Shown: positions 48,865-58,752, counted from the first letter of the stretch. The stretch: DNA of 64,000 nucleotides from Candidatus Gottesmanbacteria bacterium (GCA_903821745.1 CAIJMI010000003.1:22690-86689); one strand, 5' to 3'. Notes: generated by a model from the sequence alone, not told the origin. Made by a program: numbers and translations.

Positions 48865-50436
48865 TTAGTGTGCGACTTCTATTGCGCGAAGCTCCCGGAC
48901 GACTGTCACTTTAATTTGTCCCGGAAAAGTAATTTTTTCTTCAATTTCTTCTTTTATCTTTTGCGCAATAATGGTTGCTGTTGCATCATCAACAACTCCT
49001 GGATCTACTGCCACCCGAAGTTCTCGACCTGCTTGAAATGCAAACACTTCTTTGACTCCTTCATGAGCTTTTGCAATATCTTCAAGATCCGTTAACCGCT
49101 TAATATATTCATCATAGTTTTCATACCGTGCACCAGGACGACTTCCTGATATGGCGTCCGCTATATATGTAAGCATGGATTCACTGCTGGTAAACGGAAT
49201 GTCTTCATGATGTTGTGCTACGCAGTCGATCACTGCTTGGGGTAATCCATATTTTTTCAAAAGCTCAACACCGAGCTCAATATGACTTCCCTCTTTGTCA
49301 TTGACTACTTTTCCAATGTCATGAAGTAAACACCCAAGTCTTACGATGTTTGCATCAGCTCCCACTTCTTTTGCAAGTGCAATACCAATTTTTGTTTCTT
49401 CAAGCGTATGCGCGATCATATTTTGTCCGTAAGAAAACCGGTATTTAAACCGTCCGAGTGTTGCAACAATTGGCGATGGTAAATTATATACACCAACGGC
49501 ATGACATAATTTCTGTCCTTCTTCAAACATGATGCGCTCAATTTCTTTTTTCACCTGTTCAATCACTTCTTCAATCCGTCCTGGTTGGACACGGCCATCT
49601 TTTAAGAGTCGTTCCAGTGCAACACGGGCTATCTCTCTTCGCACCGGATCAAAACAGGAAAGGCGAATCACCCCCTCTTCATCAAGATCCACATCAACTC
49701 CTGTTGCTGTTTCAAATGCACGAATATTCCGTCCTTCTTTTCCAATAATTCTTCCCTTTACATCTTCATCTGGAATTTTAATAACCGATACTGTAAATTC
49801 GGCAACATATTCTGTTGCTCCATGCCGCATCGCATCTACCAAAATTTCTCGTGCTTTGAGTTCTGACTCTTCTTTCGCTTTAATGTATGCTTCTTTAATT
49901 TCTTTTGCGATAAGCGGTTTCATTTTTTCCTGTGCTTCTTCAAGCACTAATTTCTTTGCTTCTTCACTTGTTAATCGAGCAGTTTTTTCTAACTTTGCTG
50001 AAACCTCCATTTTCATGGATTCTATATCAGTTAATCGTTTTTGTGCTGTGATCTCTCCGTCATGAACTCTTTTTTCCCGTTCTTCGATAGCACCTTCCCG
50101 TTTTCCTATCTCTTCACCATGGCGTCTTACTTCTTCTTCTGATTCTCGCTTAATACGGTATGCTTCATCTTTTGCTTCAACAATAAGCTCTCTAGCTTGT
50201 GCTTGTGCCATTGCAAGTTGCGCTTGTGCTTGTGCCTGGGCTTGCGCTTGCATCTGTTGCAACTGGGCGTTTGTTTGCTGTTCTTCTTTTTTCTTGGAAG
50301 TTGCAGATTGTGCTGGAACTGCCGCAATAGGCTGTGCTTTTCCCTGTTCGAATACTGATTTTTTTATTCCTGGCTTTGTAGATACTGTGGGGCGTGATTT
50401 TACGAGTGTTGATAAGGTTTTTAGTACGTCAAACAT
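48865..50436 (-). CDS. rny: Ribonuclease Y
   Basis: Coiled coil, KH (GRIIGKEGRNI), HD (HDIGK), SGSRPGAR; GGAGGA SD before MFDVLK. Confidence 0.95.
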   Translation of the reverse strand: MFDVLKTLSTLVKSRPTVSTKPGIKKSVFEQGKAQPIAAVPAQSATSKKKEEQQTNAQLQQMQAQAQAQAQAQLAMAQAQARELIVEAKDEAYRIKRESEEEVRRHGEEIGKREGAIEEREKRVHDGEITAQKRLTDIESMKMEVSAKLEKTARLTSEEAKKLVLEEAQEKMKPLIAKEIKEAYIKAKEESELKAREILVDAMRHGATEYVAEFTVSVIKIPDEDVKGRIIGKEGRNIRAFETATGVDVDLDEEGVIRLSCFDPVRREIARVALERLLKDGRVQPGRIEEVIEQVKKEIERIMFEEGQKLCHAVGVYNLPSPIVATLGRFKYRFSYGQNMIAHTLEETKIGIALAKEVGADANIVRLGCLLHDIGKVVNDKEGSHIELGVELLKKYGLPQAVIDCVAQHHEDIPFTSSESMLTYIADAISGSRPGARYENYDEYIKRLTDLEDIAKAHEGVKEVFAFQAGRELRVAVDPGVVDDATATIIAQKIKEEIEEKITFPGQIKVTVVRELRAIEVAH

Positions 50437-50638
50437 AGGTTTTCCTCCAATAAAATTACATTGTGTATATAAGAAACCCACGAAGATAGACCGTCCCTAA
50501 GGAACCCTTAGACGGATTGGTTGGTAGGAGAAAATAATACTAAATGAATTGTCATAATCCTACAATCAATATATATCTTTCGTAACTGTTTCTTTTCGAA
50601 GGCATTTATCATCATTCTTATCTTGCTGCCTTCAATGG

Positions 50639-51145
50639 TTACGTATTGTAGTGAATTTTTACTAGTTCGTCAATGACGCTATAGATAACTGTTGAAGAAA
50701 ATCCGCGGGAAGCTAAATAGCGATACACTTTATTTTTCTGTTTCATGATGGGTAATTTTTGCCATAATCGCCATTTTTTTTCAACAACTTTTCTTGCAAG
50801 ATCACCTTCAGTTGAACCATCGATTTCTTTCTTAAAAAACTCTTTACAGATAGACTCAATAATATCAGGTTGAACACCTTTTGTTTTCAATTCAAGGCGA
50901 ATTAGGCGTTCCCCCTTCGGACGGCTTCTCATACGGCTCTCCATGAACATTCGAGCGTATGCTGCATCATCGACAAGTCGAAGCTCAGAAAGGCGTTCTA
51001 GGGCACCTACGACAGCCATTTCAGGCATGTGGAGCCGGGAAGCGCGCTTAGTAAGATACGTGCGGATTTCCGTCTCACTTCGTGGGTGAATTGAAATGTA
51101 CGCAATTGCCGCGCCGATGAGTTTTTGAAGCTGTTCGTCATCCAT
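50639..51145 (-). CDS. recX: Regulatory protein RecX
   Basis: RSETEI, DDAAYA, YLASRGF; downstream of recA. Confidence 0.88.
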   Translation of the reverse strand: MDDEQLQKLIGAAIAYISIHPRSETEIRTYLTKRASRLHMPEMAVVGALERLSELRLVDDAAYARMFMESRMRSRPKGERLIRLELKTKGVQPDIIESICKEFFKKEIDGSTEGDLARKVVEKKWRLWQKLPIMKQKNKVYRYLASRGFSSTVIYSVIDELVKIHYNT

Positions 51146-51155
51146 GAAAATCTTG

Positions 51156-52193
51156 TTATTCTTCCTCTTCAGCTCCGACCACGACTTTCGTCTGGACAGA
51201 TCCTGATCGGACAACCTTCCAAATTGCCTCACTTATTTCTTTGGCAACTTTCGGATTCTCACGAAGGTACGCTTTTGTGGCTTCTTTGCCTTGTCCAAGC
51301 ATTTGTGTTCCATGTTTAATAAATGCTCCAGCTTTATTCAAAATATTAAACTCTAACCCGACATCAATAAGCGCGCCTTCTTTTGAAATTCCATCATGCA
51401 TGACATCAAATTCAGCAATCCGGAATGGCGGGGCAACCTTATTTTTTACCACCCGAATCCGATGCCGACTTCCAATGACTTTATCTCCATCTTTTAATGA
51501 TTCAATTTTCCGAGAATCCAAACGGATGGATGCGTAAAATTTCATTGCCAGTCCCCCAGGAGTTGTTTCAGGGTTTCCAAACATCACACCGATTTTTTGA
51601 CGGAGCTGATTCGTAAACATAACAACGGTTTTGGACTTAGAAATGACAGATGTCAGTCTTCGAAGTGCTTGGGACATAAGTCTGGCCTGTACACCAATCA
51701 TGCTATCTCCAATGTCCCCCTCCAGCTCTGCTCGTGGCACCAACGCAGCGACGGAATCAACGACGATAACATCAATGCCACCACTTCGAATCAGTGTTTC
51801 AGCAATTTCAAGCGCTTGTTCTCCGGAGTCTGGCTGGGAAATCAGTAAGTCTTCAAGTTTTACTCCAAGTGTTTGCGCCCATTGCGGATCAAGTGCGTGC
51901 TCTGCATCTATAAATGCTGCAGTACCACCTAATTTCTGTGCTTCGGCAATAACAGATAAACATGCCGTTGTTTTTCCAGATGCTTCTGGTCCATATATCT
52001 CAACAATTCTCCCCCTCGGAATTCCACCAACACCAAGTGCTAAATCCAATGGTAAAATTCCTGTTGAAATAACATCAATGGCAAGCTTATCAGAAGATTT
52101 TTCTCCAAATCGCATAATGGATCCTTTTCCATATTGTTTTTCAATCTGATCCATAGCAAGACGAACGGCTTGAAGTTTTGCATCAACTGGCAT
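51156..52193 (-). CDS. recA: Recombinase RecA
   Basis: [31 protein letters not shown]. Confidence 0.98.
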   Translation of the reverse strand: MPVDAKLQAVRLAMDQIEKQYGKGSIMRFGEKSSDKLAIDVISTGILPLDLALGVGGIPRGRIVEIYGPEASGKTTACLSVIAEAQKLGGTAAFIDAEHALDPQWAQTLGVKLEDLLISQPDSGEQALEIAETLIRSGGIDVIVVDSVAALVPRAELEGDIGDSMIGVQARLMSQALRRLTSVISKSKTVVMFTNQLRQKIGVMFGNPETTPGGLAMKFYASIRLDSRKIESLKDGDKVIGSRHRIRVVKNKVAPPFRIAEFDVMHDGISKEGALIDVGLEFNILNKAGAFIKHGTQMLGQGKEATKAYLRENPKVAKEISEAIWKVVRSGSVQTKVVVGAEEEE

Positions 52194-52293
52194 AGTGTCT
52201 CCTATTCTTTCGGGCAGAAATTAATAAATTTTAAAACCTGAAGTGTCATACCATTTTTACATAGTGGATGATAGAATACAAGAGATCACCAAG

Positions 52294-52366
52294 CGGGATG
52301 TAGTTCAGTTGGTAGAACGCACGCATGGGGTGCGTGAGGTCTGCGGTTCAAGTCCGCACATCCCGA
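52294..52366 (+). tRNA. tRNA-Pro(GGG), no encoded CCA
   Basis: Acceptor CGGGATG/CATCCCG, anticodon arm CACGC-ATGGGGT-GCGTG, T loop TTCAAGT. Confidence 0.94.
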
Positions 52367-52471
52367 CAAATATTTTTTATCATATTCTTAATTGTGCTTT
52401 TTTTATTTATTCTTTATACTAAAATTAATCACATAATTTTATCTTTTTTCTGCCCCAACACTTTTTAGTTC

Positions 52472-53476
52472 ATGAAACCAATTTCATTCCGTAAATCTCT
52501 GTCTGCTCTCATTCTTTATTACAACGGACCAAATCACGATGATGAAGATACAAAACTTTGTGCGAAAGGAATTGCTGAGGCGCTTCGAAAACGTGGACAT
52601 GTGGTCAAAAAAATCGCCGTGACGGAAAAAAATTGGCGACGTGCAACAAAAATTCCTGGAGATGTGGTATTTAACCTTGTTGAGGACGACACATGGAAAT
52701 TATATAAATTGGTTGGACACCGTTTAGAAAAACTTCAGCGGGCACAGGTGGGTCATGATATGCTCAGTTTTCGCTATGCTATCAGCAAGGCATGGGTAAA
52801 ACGAAAAATGAAAAAGGAACATATTAGCACAGCTCCTTTTAAAATATTCAACCGCAGATCAAAAATTATTTCTGGGACACTAACCTATCCACTGATTGTC
52901 AAACCATCGAATCAACATGCTGGCATCGGTATTTCACAAGCATCCGTCGTCAATACATCAGATGAATTAAAAGAACGTGTGCAATATGTCTTTGATCATT
53001 TTCCCGGGGAGGTTATTGTTGAAAAATATATAAAAGGAAGAGAAATTCATGTGACCGTTCTTGGAAATGATGGAAACGCAATGACTCTCCCATACTGCGA
53101 AATCGGTTTTGGAAAAAAATCAAAAAAGAAATGGAATATTTACACGTATGAAGCAAAGTGGGACAAAAAATCATGGGAATATTGGAATGCTCACATTAAG
53201 TCACCTGCGAAAATATCACCAGGTCTTCATGAAAAAATCCAAGATAGTGCAACCCGTGCATATCAAGCATTTACGTGTCGGGATATTGCACGATTTGATT
53301 TTCGTATCGATGCAAAAGGAATTCCGTATATCATCGATGTAAATATAAACCCAAGTTTAAATTATTACGATCCCGAAGATGCGACCCTTGCATCTGTATA
53401 TACACTTAAATGGACATACGAACAATTTATTGAAACGATTGCCAGTACAGCGTACCAACGTGTCCTCGGATCGTAA
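52472..53476 (+). CDS. D-Ala-D-Ala ligase-like ATP-grasp protein
   Basis: VFNLVE, LIVKP, EKYIKGRE, YTYEAKW, ARFDFR, DVNINP. Confidence 0.82.
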   Translation: MKPISFRKSLSALILYYNGPNHDDEDTKLCAKGIAEALRKRGHVVKKIAVTEKNWRRATKIPGDVVFNLVEDDTWKLYKLVGHRLEKLQRAQVGHDMLSFRYAISKAWVKRKMKKEHISTAPFKIFNRRSKIISGTLTYPLIVKPSNQHAGIGISQASVVNTSDELKERVQYVFDHFPGEVIVEKYIKGREIHVTVLGNDGNAMTLPYCEIGFGKKSKKKWNIYTYEAKWDKKSWEYWNAHIKSPAKISPGLHEKIQDSATRAYQAFTCRDIARFDFRIDAKGIPYIIDVNINPSLNYYDPEDATLASVYTLKWTYEQFIETIASTAYQRVLGS

Positions 53477-53479
53477 TAT

Positions 53480-53827
53480 TTATCGTACGGATACTCGTTG
53501 GAGAAAAAAAATACCAACGCCAATGCAAAAAATAGAAATGAGTGCGGAAACATTTAACATTTCTTTCATTGGAGTTTTTGTTGCCAACCCAGCGGCAAAA
53601 TATCCAAAGACTGCGGTGCCTGCAGACCAAAGAGGAAGAAATACCCGTAAAATTTGCCCTCTATCCTGTAATTTAAAAACAAATATCCAAACTACAGCTG
53701 CAGAGACGATTGCGTACAAAAGCATCCATGGATTTTTTTTATGCCCATCAAGATACTGTTGATAGAAGATATATGCGAAAAAATCTCCTAAGAAAGATAT
53801 GACAAAATAGAATATGGTTAGCACCAT
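53480..53827 (-). CDS. Small 4-TM membrane protein, SMR/DMT-like
   Basis: 115 aa, four hydrophobic segments, LWSAG and GVGIFFL motifs. Confidence 0.6.
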   Translation of the reverse strand: MVLTIFYFVISFLGDFFAYIFYQQYLDGHKKNPWMLLYAIVSAAVVWIFVFKLQDRGQILRVFLPLWSAGTAVFGYFAAGLATKTPMKEMLNVSALISIFCIGVGIFFLQRVSVR

Positions 53828-53837
53828 ACTTTTAACG

Positions 53838-54296
53838 TTATCGCTTCGGACTTTGTTTTCGAGCCCGTGCATTTCCTGCAAATCCTGCCTTTCGGCGTTC
53901 TTTCGCTCTTGGATCACGTGTCATGAAACCGCGTTTCTTTAAGATTGGTCGGAATTTTTCTTTATCTACTTTTTCGAGTGCTCTGGAAATCCCATGGATC
54001 ACTGCGCCAAGTTGACTATATAATCCACCACCATTTGTGTGAATCGTTATCGCAAATCGTCCAACCGTATTTGTCGTACGAAATGGTTCCATATACATTT
54101 TTTTGAGCACTTCTCCTGGAAAATAATTTTCAATTGGTCGATCATTAACGATGATTTCTCCCTTTTCCATTTCTTTTCCGGCAATTGTTGTTTTTTCATC
54201 TTTTACAACGTGCATCCGAATTCGAGCGGTTGATGTCTTTCTCCGACCGACTGCTTCGTAATATGAAATCTGTTCTGGTTTTGTTGTTTTTTCCAT
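53838..54296 (-). CDS. rpsI: 30S ribosomal protein S9
   Basis: GRRK, TRDPR.KERRK, SPKR. Confidence 0.96.
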   Translation of the reverse strand: MEKTTKPEQISYYEAVGRRKTSTARIRMHVVKDEKTTIAGKEMEKGEIIVNDRPIENYFPGEVLKKMYMEPFRTTNTVGRFAITIHTNGGGLYSQLGAVIHGISRALEKVDKEKFRPILKKRGFMTRDPRAKERRKAGFAGNARARKQSPKR

Positions 54297-54299
54297 AAA

Positions 54300-54725
54300 T
54301 TAGGCGTTGATATTTTTTTGATATGGATGATTCTCATCAGCGAACAAAAATAAACGAGTGATTAATCGATCCCGAAGTTTATTCTTTGGCAACATGCCCC
54401 ACACAGCATGACGAATAATTTCTGTTGGCTTTTCTTTACGAACCTGCCAAAGTGCTTTTTCTTTTAAGCCGCCTGGAAATCCTGAAAAGTTTCCATACCT
54501 CTTTTCTTTTTCTTTCTTTCCGGTAACTTCCACGAGTGCGCAATTAATAACAACTACGGAATCGCCACAATCAAGATTTGGGACATAATTTGGTTTGCTT
54601 TTTCCAAGCAGTTTCATTGCAATTTCCGTTGCAACATGTCCCAATACTTTTCCCTTTACATCAACAAGGTGCCATGCATGGGTCAATTCTTTCTTTTTGG
54701 TAGCTTTCGTATATTGAGTTCTCAT
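54300..54725 (-). CDS. rplM: 50S ribosomal protein L13
   Basis: WHLVD, DCGD, GMLPKN. Confidence 0.96.
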   Translation of the reverse strand: MRTQYTKATKKKELTHAWHLVDVKGKVLGHVATEIAMKLLGKSKPNYVPNLDCGDSVVVINCALVEVTGKKEKEKRYGNFSGFPGGLKEKALWQVRKEKPTEIIRHAVWGMLPKNKLRDRLITRLFLFADENHPYQKNINA

Positions 54726-54729
54726 ACTA

Positions 54730-55182
54730 TTACTTTTTTGCTGTTTTTTTTACTGCTTTTGCTTTTGGTTCAACTTTTTTCTCTTCAACCTTTTTTACTT
54801 CCGGTTTAATCACTTCCTGCACAATTTTTGCATCAACAAATGATAACTGCACAAGATCCCGTGCATCACTGCCGGATAATCCGTACCGCAATATTCTTGT
54901 GTATCCGCTTGTTCGAGTTGCGAAACGTGTTTTTGCATCCTCAACTAATTGTTTTGCAGCCTGTGCATTTCCGAGTTCTGCCAACACCAAACGATATGAA
55001 AATTGGTTTCCTTTTTTTGCTTTGGTAATAAGCTTCTCAATTTTTGCTCGCACAGCTATTGCTTTTGCTTTTGTTGTCTTCATGGATCCATGCTTGATAA
55101 GATCACATGCGAGATTCCGCAATAGTTGTTTGCGTTGATCTGTTGTTCGAGATAGTTTCTTTCCAAAATACGTATGACGCAT
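54730..55182 (-). CDS. rplQ: 50S ribosomal protein L17
   Basis: MRH, KLSR, GYTRI. Confidence 0.96.
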   Translation of the reverse strand: MRHTYFGKKLSRTTDQRKQLLRNLACDLIKHGSMKTTKAKAIAVRAKIEKLITKAKKGNQFSYRLVLAELGNAQAAKQLVEDAKTRFATRTSGYTRILRYGLSGSDARDLVQLSFVDAKIVQEVIKPEVKKVEEKKVEPKAKAVKKTAKK

Positions 55183-55185
55183 ATA

Positions 55186-56106
55186 TTAGACAGTTAACGT
55201 AACACCTTTTTCCTTCAATTTTTCAGCAATAATCGTAAGTGACTTTGCACCGAGATTTTTAATCTTCATTAAATCGGCGTTAGGTGCACTCAATAGTTGT
55301 CCTATCGTTTCAATGCCACCGTTTGATAATGCATTCACGATTCTCGTTGGGATATCCAACTCTTCAATACGCATTTTCAATACTTCATCTGATACAGATG
55401 GAGAAATAACTTTTGTTTCTTCCATACCAACCACTTTTGGTTCGTAAATCTGTGCAAAATAAGAAGCAAGAATTTTTGCTGAATTTTTCAATGCTTCAAT
55501 TGGTGCTTTTGTTCCATCTGTCCAAATATCCAACACTAATTTATCAAGGTTTGTCATCCGTCCGACACGAGTTGCTTCAACACGATAATTCACACGAACG
55601 ATTGGTGTGTATAACGCATCAAGTGGGATAACACCAATTTCATCCAAGTGTTGTTCATCTGCGGTCATATATCCAAATCCTTTTTGTGCAGTAAATTCCA
55701 TGGTTAACTCGGATTTTTTATCTGCAAGTGTTCCAAGAATAAGTTCAGGATTCACGATCGTCATTCCTGCACCCGCTTCGATATCTCCTGCTGTTACAAC
55801 ACCTGGTCCTTTTTTAGAGAGAGTCATTTTTCCAGATTCCCCGCCTTCAATGGTCAGTCTGATTTTTTTGACATTCAACAGAAGCTCAACAATATCTTCT
55901 TTGAGTCCTGGAAGTGTTGCATATTGATGTTTCACGCCTTCAATTTTCACGGACGTCACTGCTGCACCAGAAAGAGACGTCAAAAGCACTCGGCGTAAAC
56001 TATTTCCAAGTGTTTGTCCGTATCCTTGTGCAAGTGGCTCGATAGAAAATCGTCCATATGCTTTTTCTTCAACTTCTGGTTTAATCAAAAAATTTGGATC
56101 TGCCAT
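55186..56106 (-). CDS. rpoA: RNA polymerase alpha subunit
   Basis: EPL..GYGQTLGNSLRRVLL, alpha-CTD NLGAKS. Confidence 0.97.
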   Translation of the reverse strand: MADPNFLIKPEVEEKAYGRFSIEPLAQGYGQTLGNSLRRVLLTSLSGAAVTSVKIEGVKHQYATLPGLKEDIVELLLNVKKIRLTIEGGESGKMTLSKKGPGVVTAGDIEAGAGMTIVNPELILGTLADKKSELTMEFTAQKGFGYMTADEQHLDEIGVIPLDALYTPIVRVNYRVEATRVGRMTNLDKLVLDIWTDGTKAPIEALKNSAKILASYFAQIYEPKVVGMEETKVISPSVSDEVLKMRIEELDIPTRIVNALSNGGIETIGQLLSAPNADLMKIKNLGAKSLTIIAEKLKEKGVTLTV

Positions 56107-56122
56107 AATTTTCCTCCTTTTA

Positions 56123-56743
56123 TTACCGTGAATAGAATTCAACAATTAATTGTTCTTGAATGTCTTCTTGTACATCGGATCGCTCAGGAAGTCGTGCAAC
56201 TTTCCCTGCTGGTCCTTTACGTTCTACCCACGCTGCCATAATTGGGCTTTTTTCATCCATAAGTTTTTTAATTGATGGAATTTCCATTCCTTTTACATCA
56301 AGGGTAATCACGTCATCAACATTTACGCGATATGATGGAATGTTTAACATTTTTCCATTGACCAACACATGTCCATGACTTACACATTGTCTTGCTGCTG
56401 CACGTGTTGGTGCAATATTCATCCGGAACAATACGTTATCCAGTCGTCGTTCCAAAAATTCCAATAGTTTATCTCCGGTATTCCCTTTCCATTTTTTTGC
56501 TTCCGCAAAAACTTTTCTAAATTGTTTTTCCATAACACCATAAATCCGTTTTACTTTTTGTTTCTCCCGAAGTTGTATTCCATATCCTGTGACTTTTTTT
56601 CTTCCTTTTACTCCATGCTGTCCAGGAATAATAGTAAGTCGTTTTAACATCGATGCATGCGCATGAGATCCAACAGTTTTCAATCCGAGATCCATACCTT
56701 CTCGACGTGCTAATCTATTTTTTGGTCCTGTATATCGTCCCAT
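56123..56743 (-). CDS. rpsD: 30S ribosomal protein S4
   Basis: YTGPK, QLREKQK, LERRLDN, VEFYSR. Confidence 0.97.
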   Translation of the reverse strand: MGRYTGPKNRLARREGMDLGLKTVGSHAHASMLKRLTIIPGQHGVKGRKKVTGYGIQLREKQKVKRIYGVMEKQFRKVFAEAKKWKGNTGDKLLEFLERRLDNVLFRMNIAPTRAAARQCVSHGHVLVNGKMLNIPSYRVNVDDVITLDVKGMEIPSIKKLMDEKSPIMAAWVERKGPAGKVARLPERSDVQEDIQEQLIVEFYSR

Positions 56744-56745
56744 AA

Positions 56746-57117
56746 TTAGACTCTCCTCTTTTTCTTCGGCCGTACTCCGTTATGTGGAATCGGTGTGACA
56801 TCTGCAATAAGCGTAATATTCAGTCCTACTGCGCGAAGTGCGCGAAGTGCTGCATCCCGACCAGCACCTGGTCCTTTAATGAAGACTTCAACTTCCCGCA
56901 TGCCATTATCCATTGCTTTTCGTCCAATTGATTCCATTGCAGATGTTGCTGCAAATGGCGTTGCTTTTCTTGCCCCCTTAAATCCAACCAAGCCGGATGA
57001 ACTCCAATACATGGCATTTCCATCCATATCGGTAATCGTTACTAATGTATTGTTAAACGTTGCCGTAATAAATACTTTTCCCCGTTCAACGACTTTTTGT
57101 GCTTTTGCTGTTGCCAT
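56746..57117 (-). CDS. rpsK: 30S ribosomal protein S11
   Basis: [14 protein letters not shown]. Confidence 0.97.
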   Translation of the reverse strand: MATAKAQKVVERGKVFITATFNNTLVTITDMDGNAMYWSSSGLVGFKGARKATPFAATSAMESIGRKAMDNGMREVEVFIKGPGAGRDAALRALRAVGLNITLIADVTPIPHNGVRPKKKRRV

Positions 57118-57130
57118 AAATTATTTTCCT

Positions 57131-57547
57131 TTATTTCTTTGGTGCTTCTGCTGTTTTTGTCTCTACTTTTGCGCGGTCATCTTTTTTCATTGCTCCAACA
57201 GTCAGTCTTCGTCCTCGTTGTGTACGAGCGTTAGAACGTGTCCGTTGTCCTCGAGATGGCAATTTGTGAGTATGTCGGGATCCGCGATATGATCCAATCT
57301 CTCGAAGTCGTTTAATATTGGAAGCAATCAGCTGTCGAAGGTTTCCTTCTACGGTGCAGGTTTTTTCAATGACTTTTGCTAAATGGCTGATTTCTTCGTC
57401 AGTAAGAGTTTTTGCTCGGCGGGAGGGATTAATGTTGGCAGCTTTCATTACAGCAGAAACGTTTGTTCTTCCGATACCATAAATATAGGTTAAAGCGATA
57501 TCAAGTCGCTTTTCATTTGGTATATCAACTCCTGCAATACGTGCCAT
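57131..57547 (-). CDS. rpsM: 30S ribosomal protein S13
   Basis: MARIAG, IYGIG, RGQRTRSNART. Confidence 0.97.
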   Translation of the reverse strand: MARIAGVDIPNEKRLDIALTYIYGIGRTNVSAVMKAANINPSRRAKTLTDEEISHLAKVIEKTCTVEGNLRQLIASNIKRLREIGSYRGSRHTHKLPSRGQRTRSNARTQRGRRLTVGAMKKDDRAKVETKTAEAPKK

Positions 57548-57557
57548 AATAATTGTT

Positions 57558-57671
57558 TTATCCTTGTCGTTGTTTGTGTTTTGGATTTTCACAAATCACA
57601 AACACTCGTCCACGTCTGCGGACAAGTTTACATTTATTACACATTGTTTTTACGCTTGCTCGGACTTTCAT
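57558..57671 (-). CDS. rpmJ: 50S ribosomal protein L36 (Zn-binding type)
   Basis: Manual translation [37 protein letters not shown]. Confidence 0.96.
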   Translation of the reverse strand: MKVRASVKTMCNKCKLVRRRGRVFVICENPKHKQRQG

Positions 57672-57677
57672 ATATTT

Positions 57678-57896
57678 TTACCTTACGCGATATGTAATTC
57701 TTCCTTTTGTTGCGTCATATGGGGTCATTTCAATTCTGACTTTGTCTCCTGGCATAATGCGAATATAGTTTAAACGCATCTTCCCGGACAAATGACACAA
57801 CACAATGACACTATTTGCCAATTTTACTCGAAACAATGTATTTGGCAAACACTCAAGCACTTCACCTTCAACTTCTATATTTCCCTGATGTGCCAT
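57678..57896 (-). CDS. infA: Translation initiation factor IF-1
   Basis: LPNTLF, SGKMR, PYD..KGRI. Confidence 0.97.
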   Translation of the reverse strand: MAHQGNIEVEGEVLECLPNTLFRVKLANSVIVLCHLSGKMRLNYIRIMPGDKVRIEMTPYDATKGRITYRVR

Positions 57897-57904
57897 AAAT
57901 ACGC

Positions 57905-57966
57905 AAAAAAAATAACTACCGCAAACGACATTGAGATTCCCAACTGTCGTACTTAAGCGGGTGTTA
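57905..57966 (-). terminator. Long hairpin plus U8 tract upstream of infA (terminator or attenuator)
   Basis: Nested stems TAAC/GTTA, CCGC/GCGG, ACGACA/TGTCGT followed by T8. Confidence 0.6.
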
Positions 57967-57981
57967 GTGCTTTATTTTACC

Positions 57982-58752
57982 TTAAATATCTGATTTGGTC
58001 AACACGTCGGTTTTATCTTCCCCAATTGCGATGGTATGCTCAAATGTTGCGGTCAGTGACCGATCCTTTGAGGCTAGTGCCCAACCGTCATCATTGATGT
58101 ATTCAATCGTGCCCCGGCCTGCCGCATAGATAACCTCAATTGCAAGTGTCATGCCTGCTGTTAACAACGGGGTTCTACTAATATCACCACGGACGAATTC
58201 CGGTATCATTGGCTCCTCATGAAGCTTTTTTCCTACCCCGTGCCCCGTAAGGTCTTTAATAACACTATATCCCGCTCCTTCAATTTCTCGTTGAATAACA
58301 TCTGAAATATTGCCTATCCGATTTCCGGGCCGTGCGACAGCAATTGCTTTCCATAAGGTATTTGACCCCGCATTCAAAAATCGTTGTTTTTCTTCACGTT
58401 TTTCTTGACTATCACCAACAATTTTACTCCATGCTGTATCCGTATGAAGCCCCTCATAAATCATCCCAATATCGATCGTTAACACATCTCCGTTTTTTAA
58501 TTGGTATGCTGAAGGGATGCCATGGACAACAACGTCGTTTATACAAAGACACGTTGCCCATTTATAATCAGAAACGGTGGAAAATGATGGAAGACCACCT
58601 ACTTCTTTAATTCGCTTTTGTGCTTGTTCTTCCAAATCCAAAAGCCGCACTCCCGGCTCTGACATAATAAGAAGTTCTTGCAAAATCCGACCTATTTTTT
58701 GTCCCCCCACGTTCATGGAATAAATTTCTGCTGGTGTTTTCAACACTGTCAT
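57982..58752 (-). CDS. map: Methionine aminopeptidase type I
   Basis: VVHGIP, DIG, D, GHGVG..LHE, EHT. Confidence 0.95.
   Translation of the reverse strand: MTVLKTPAEIYSMNVGGQKIGRILQELLIMSEPGVRLLDLEEQAQKRIKEVGGLPSFSTVSDYKWATCLCINDVVVHGIPSAYQLKNGDVLTIDIGMIYEGLHTDTAWSKIVGDSQEKREEKQRFLNAGSNTLWKAIAVARPGNRIGNISDVIQREIEGAGYSVIKDLTGHGVGKKLHEEPMIPEFVRGDISRTPLLTAGMTLAIEVIYAAGRGTIEYINDDGWALASKDRSLTATFEHTIAIGEDKTDVLTKSDI

Noticed and set aside
50437-50638. 6S RNA upstream of rny
   Set aside because: No end-to-end rod with a central bubble could be paired by eye; kept only as a generic structured region
52194-52290. SOS box upstream of recA
   Set aside because: No convincing palindrome of a known LexA type seen
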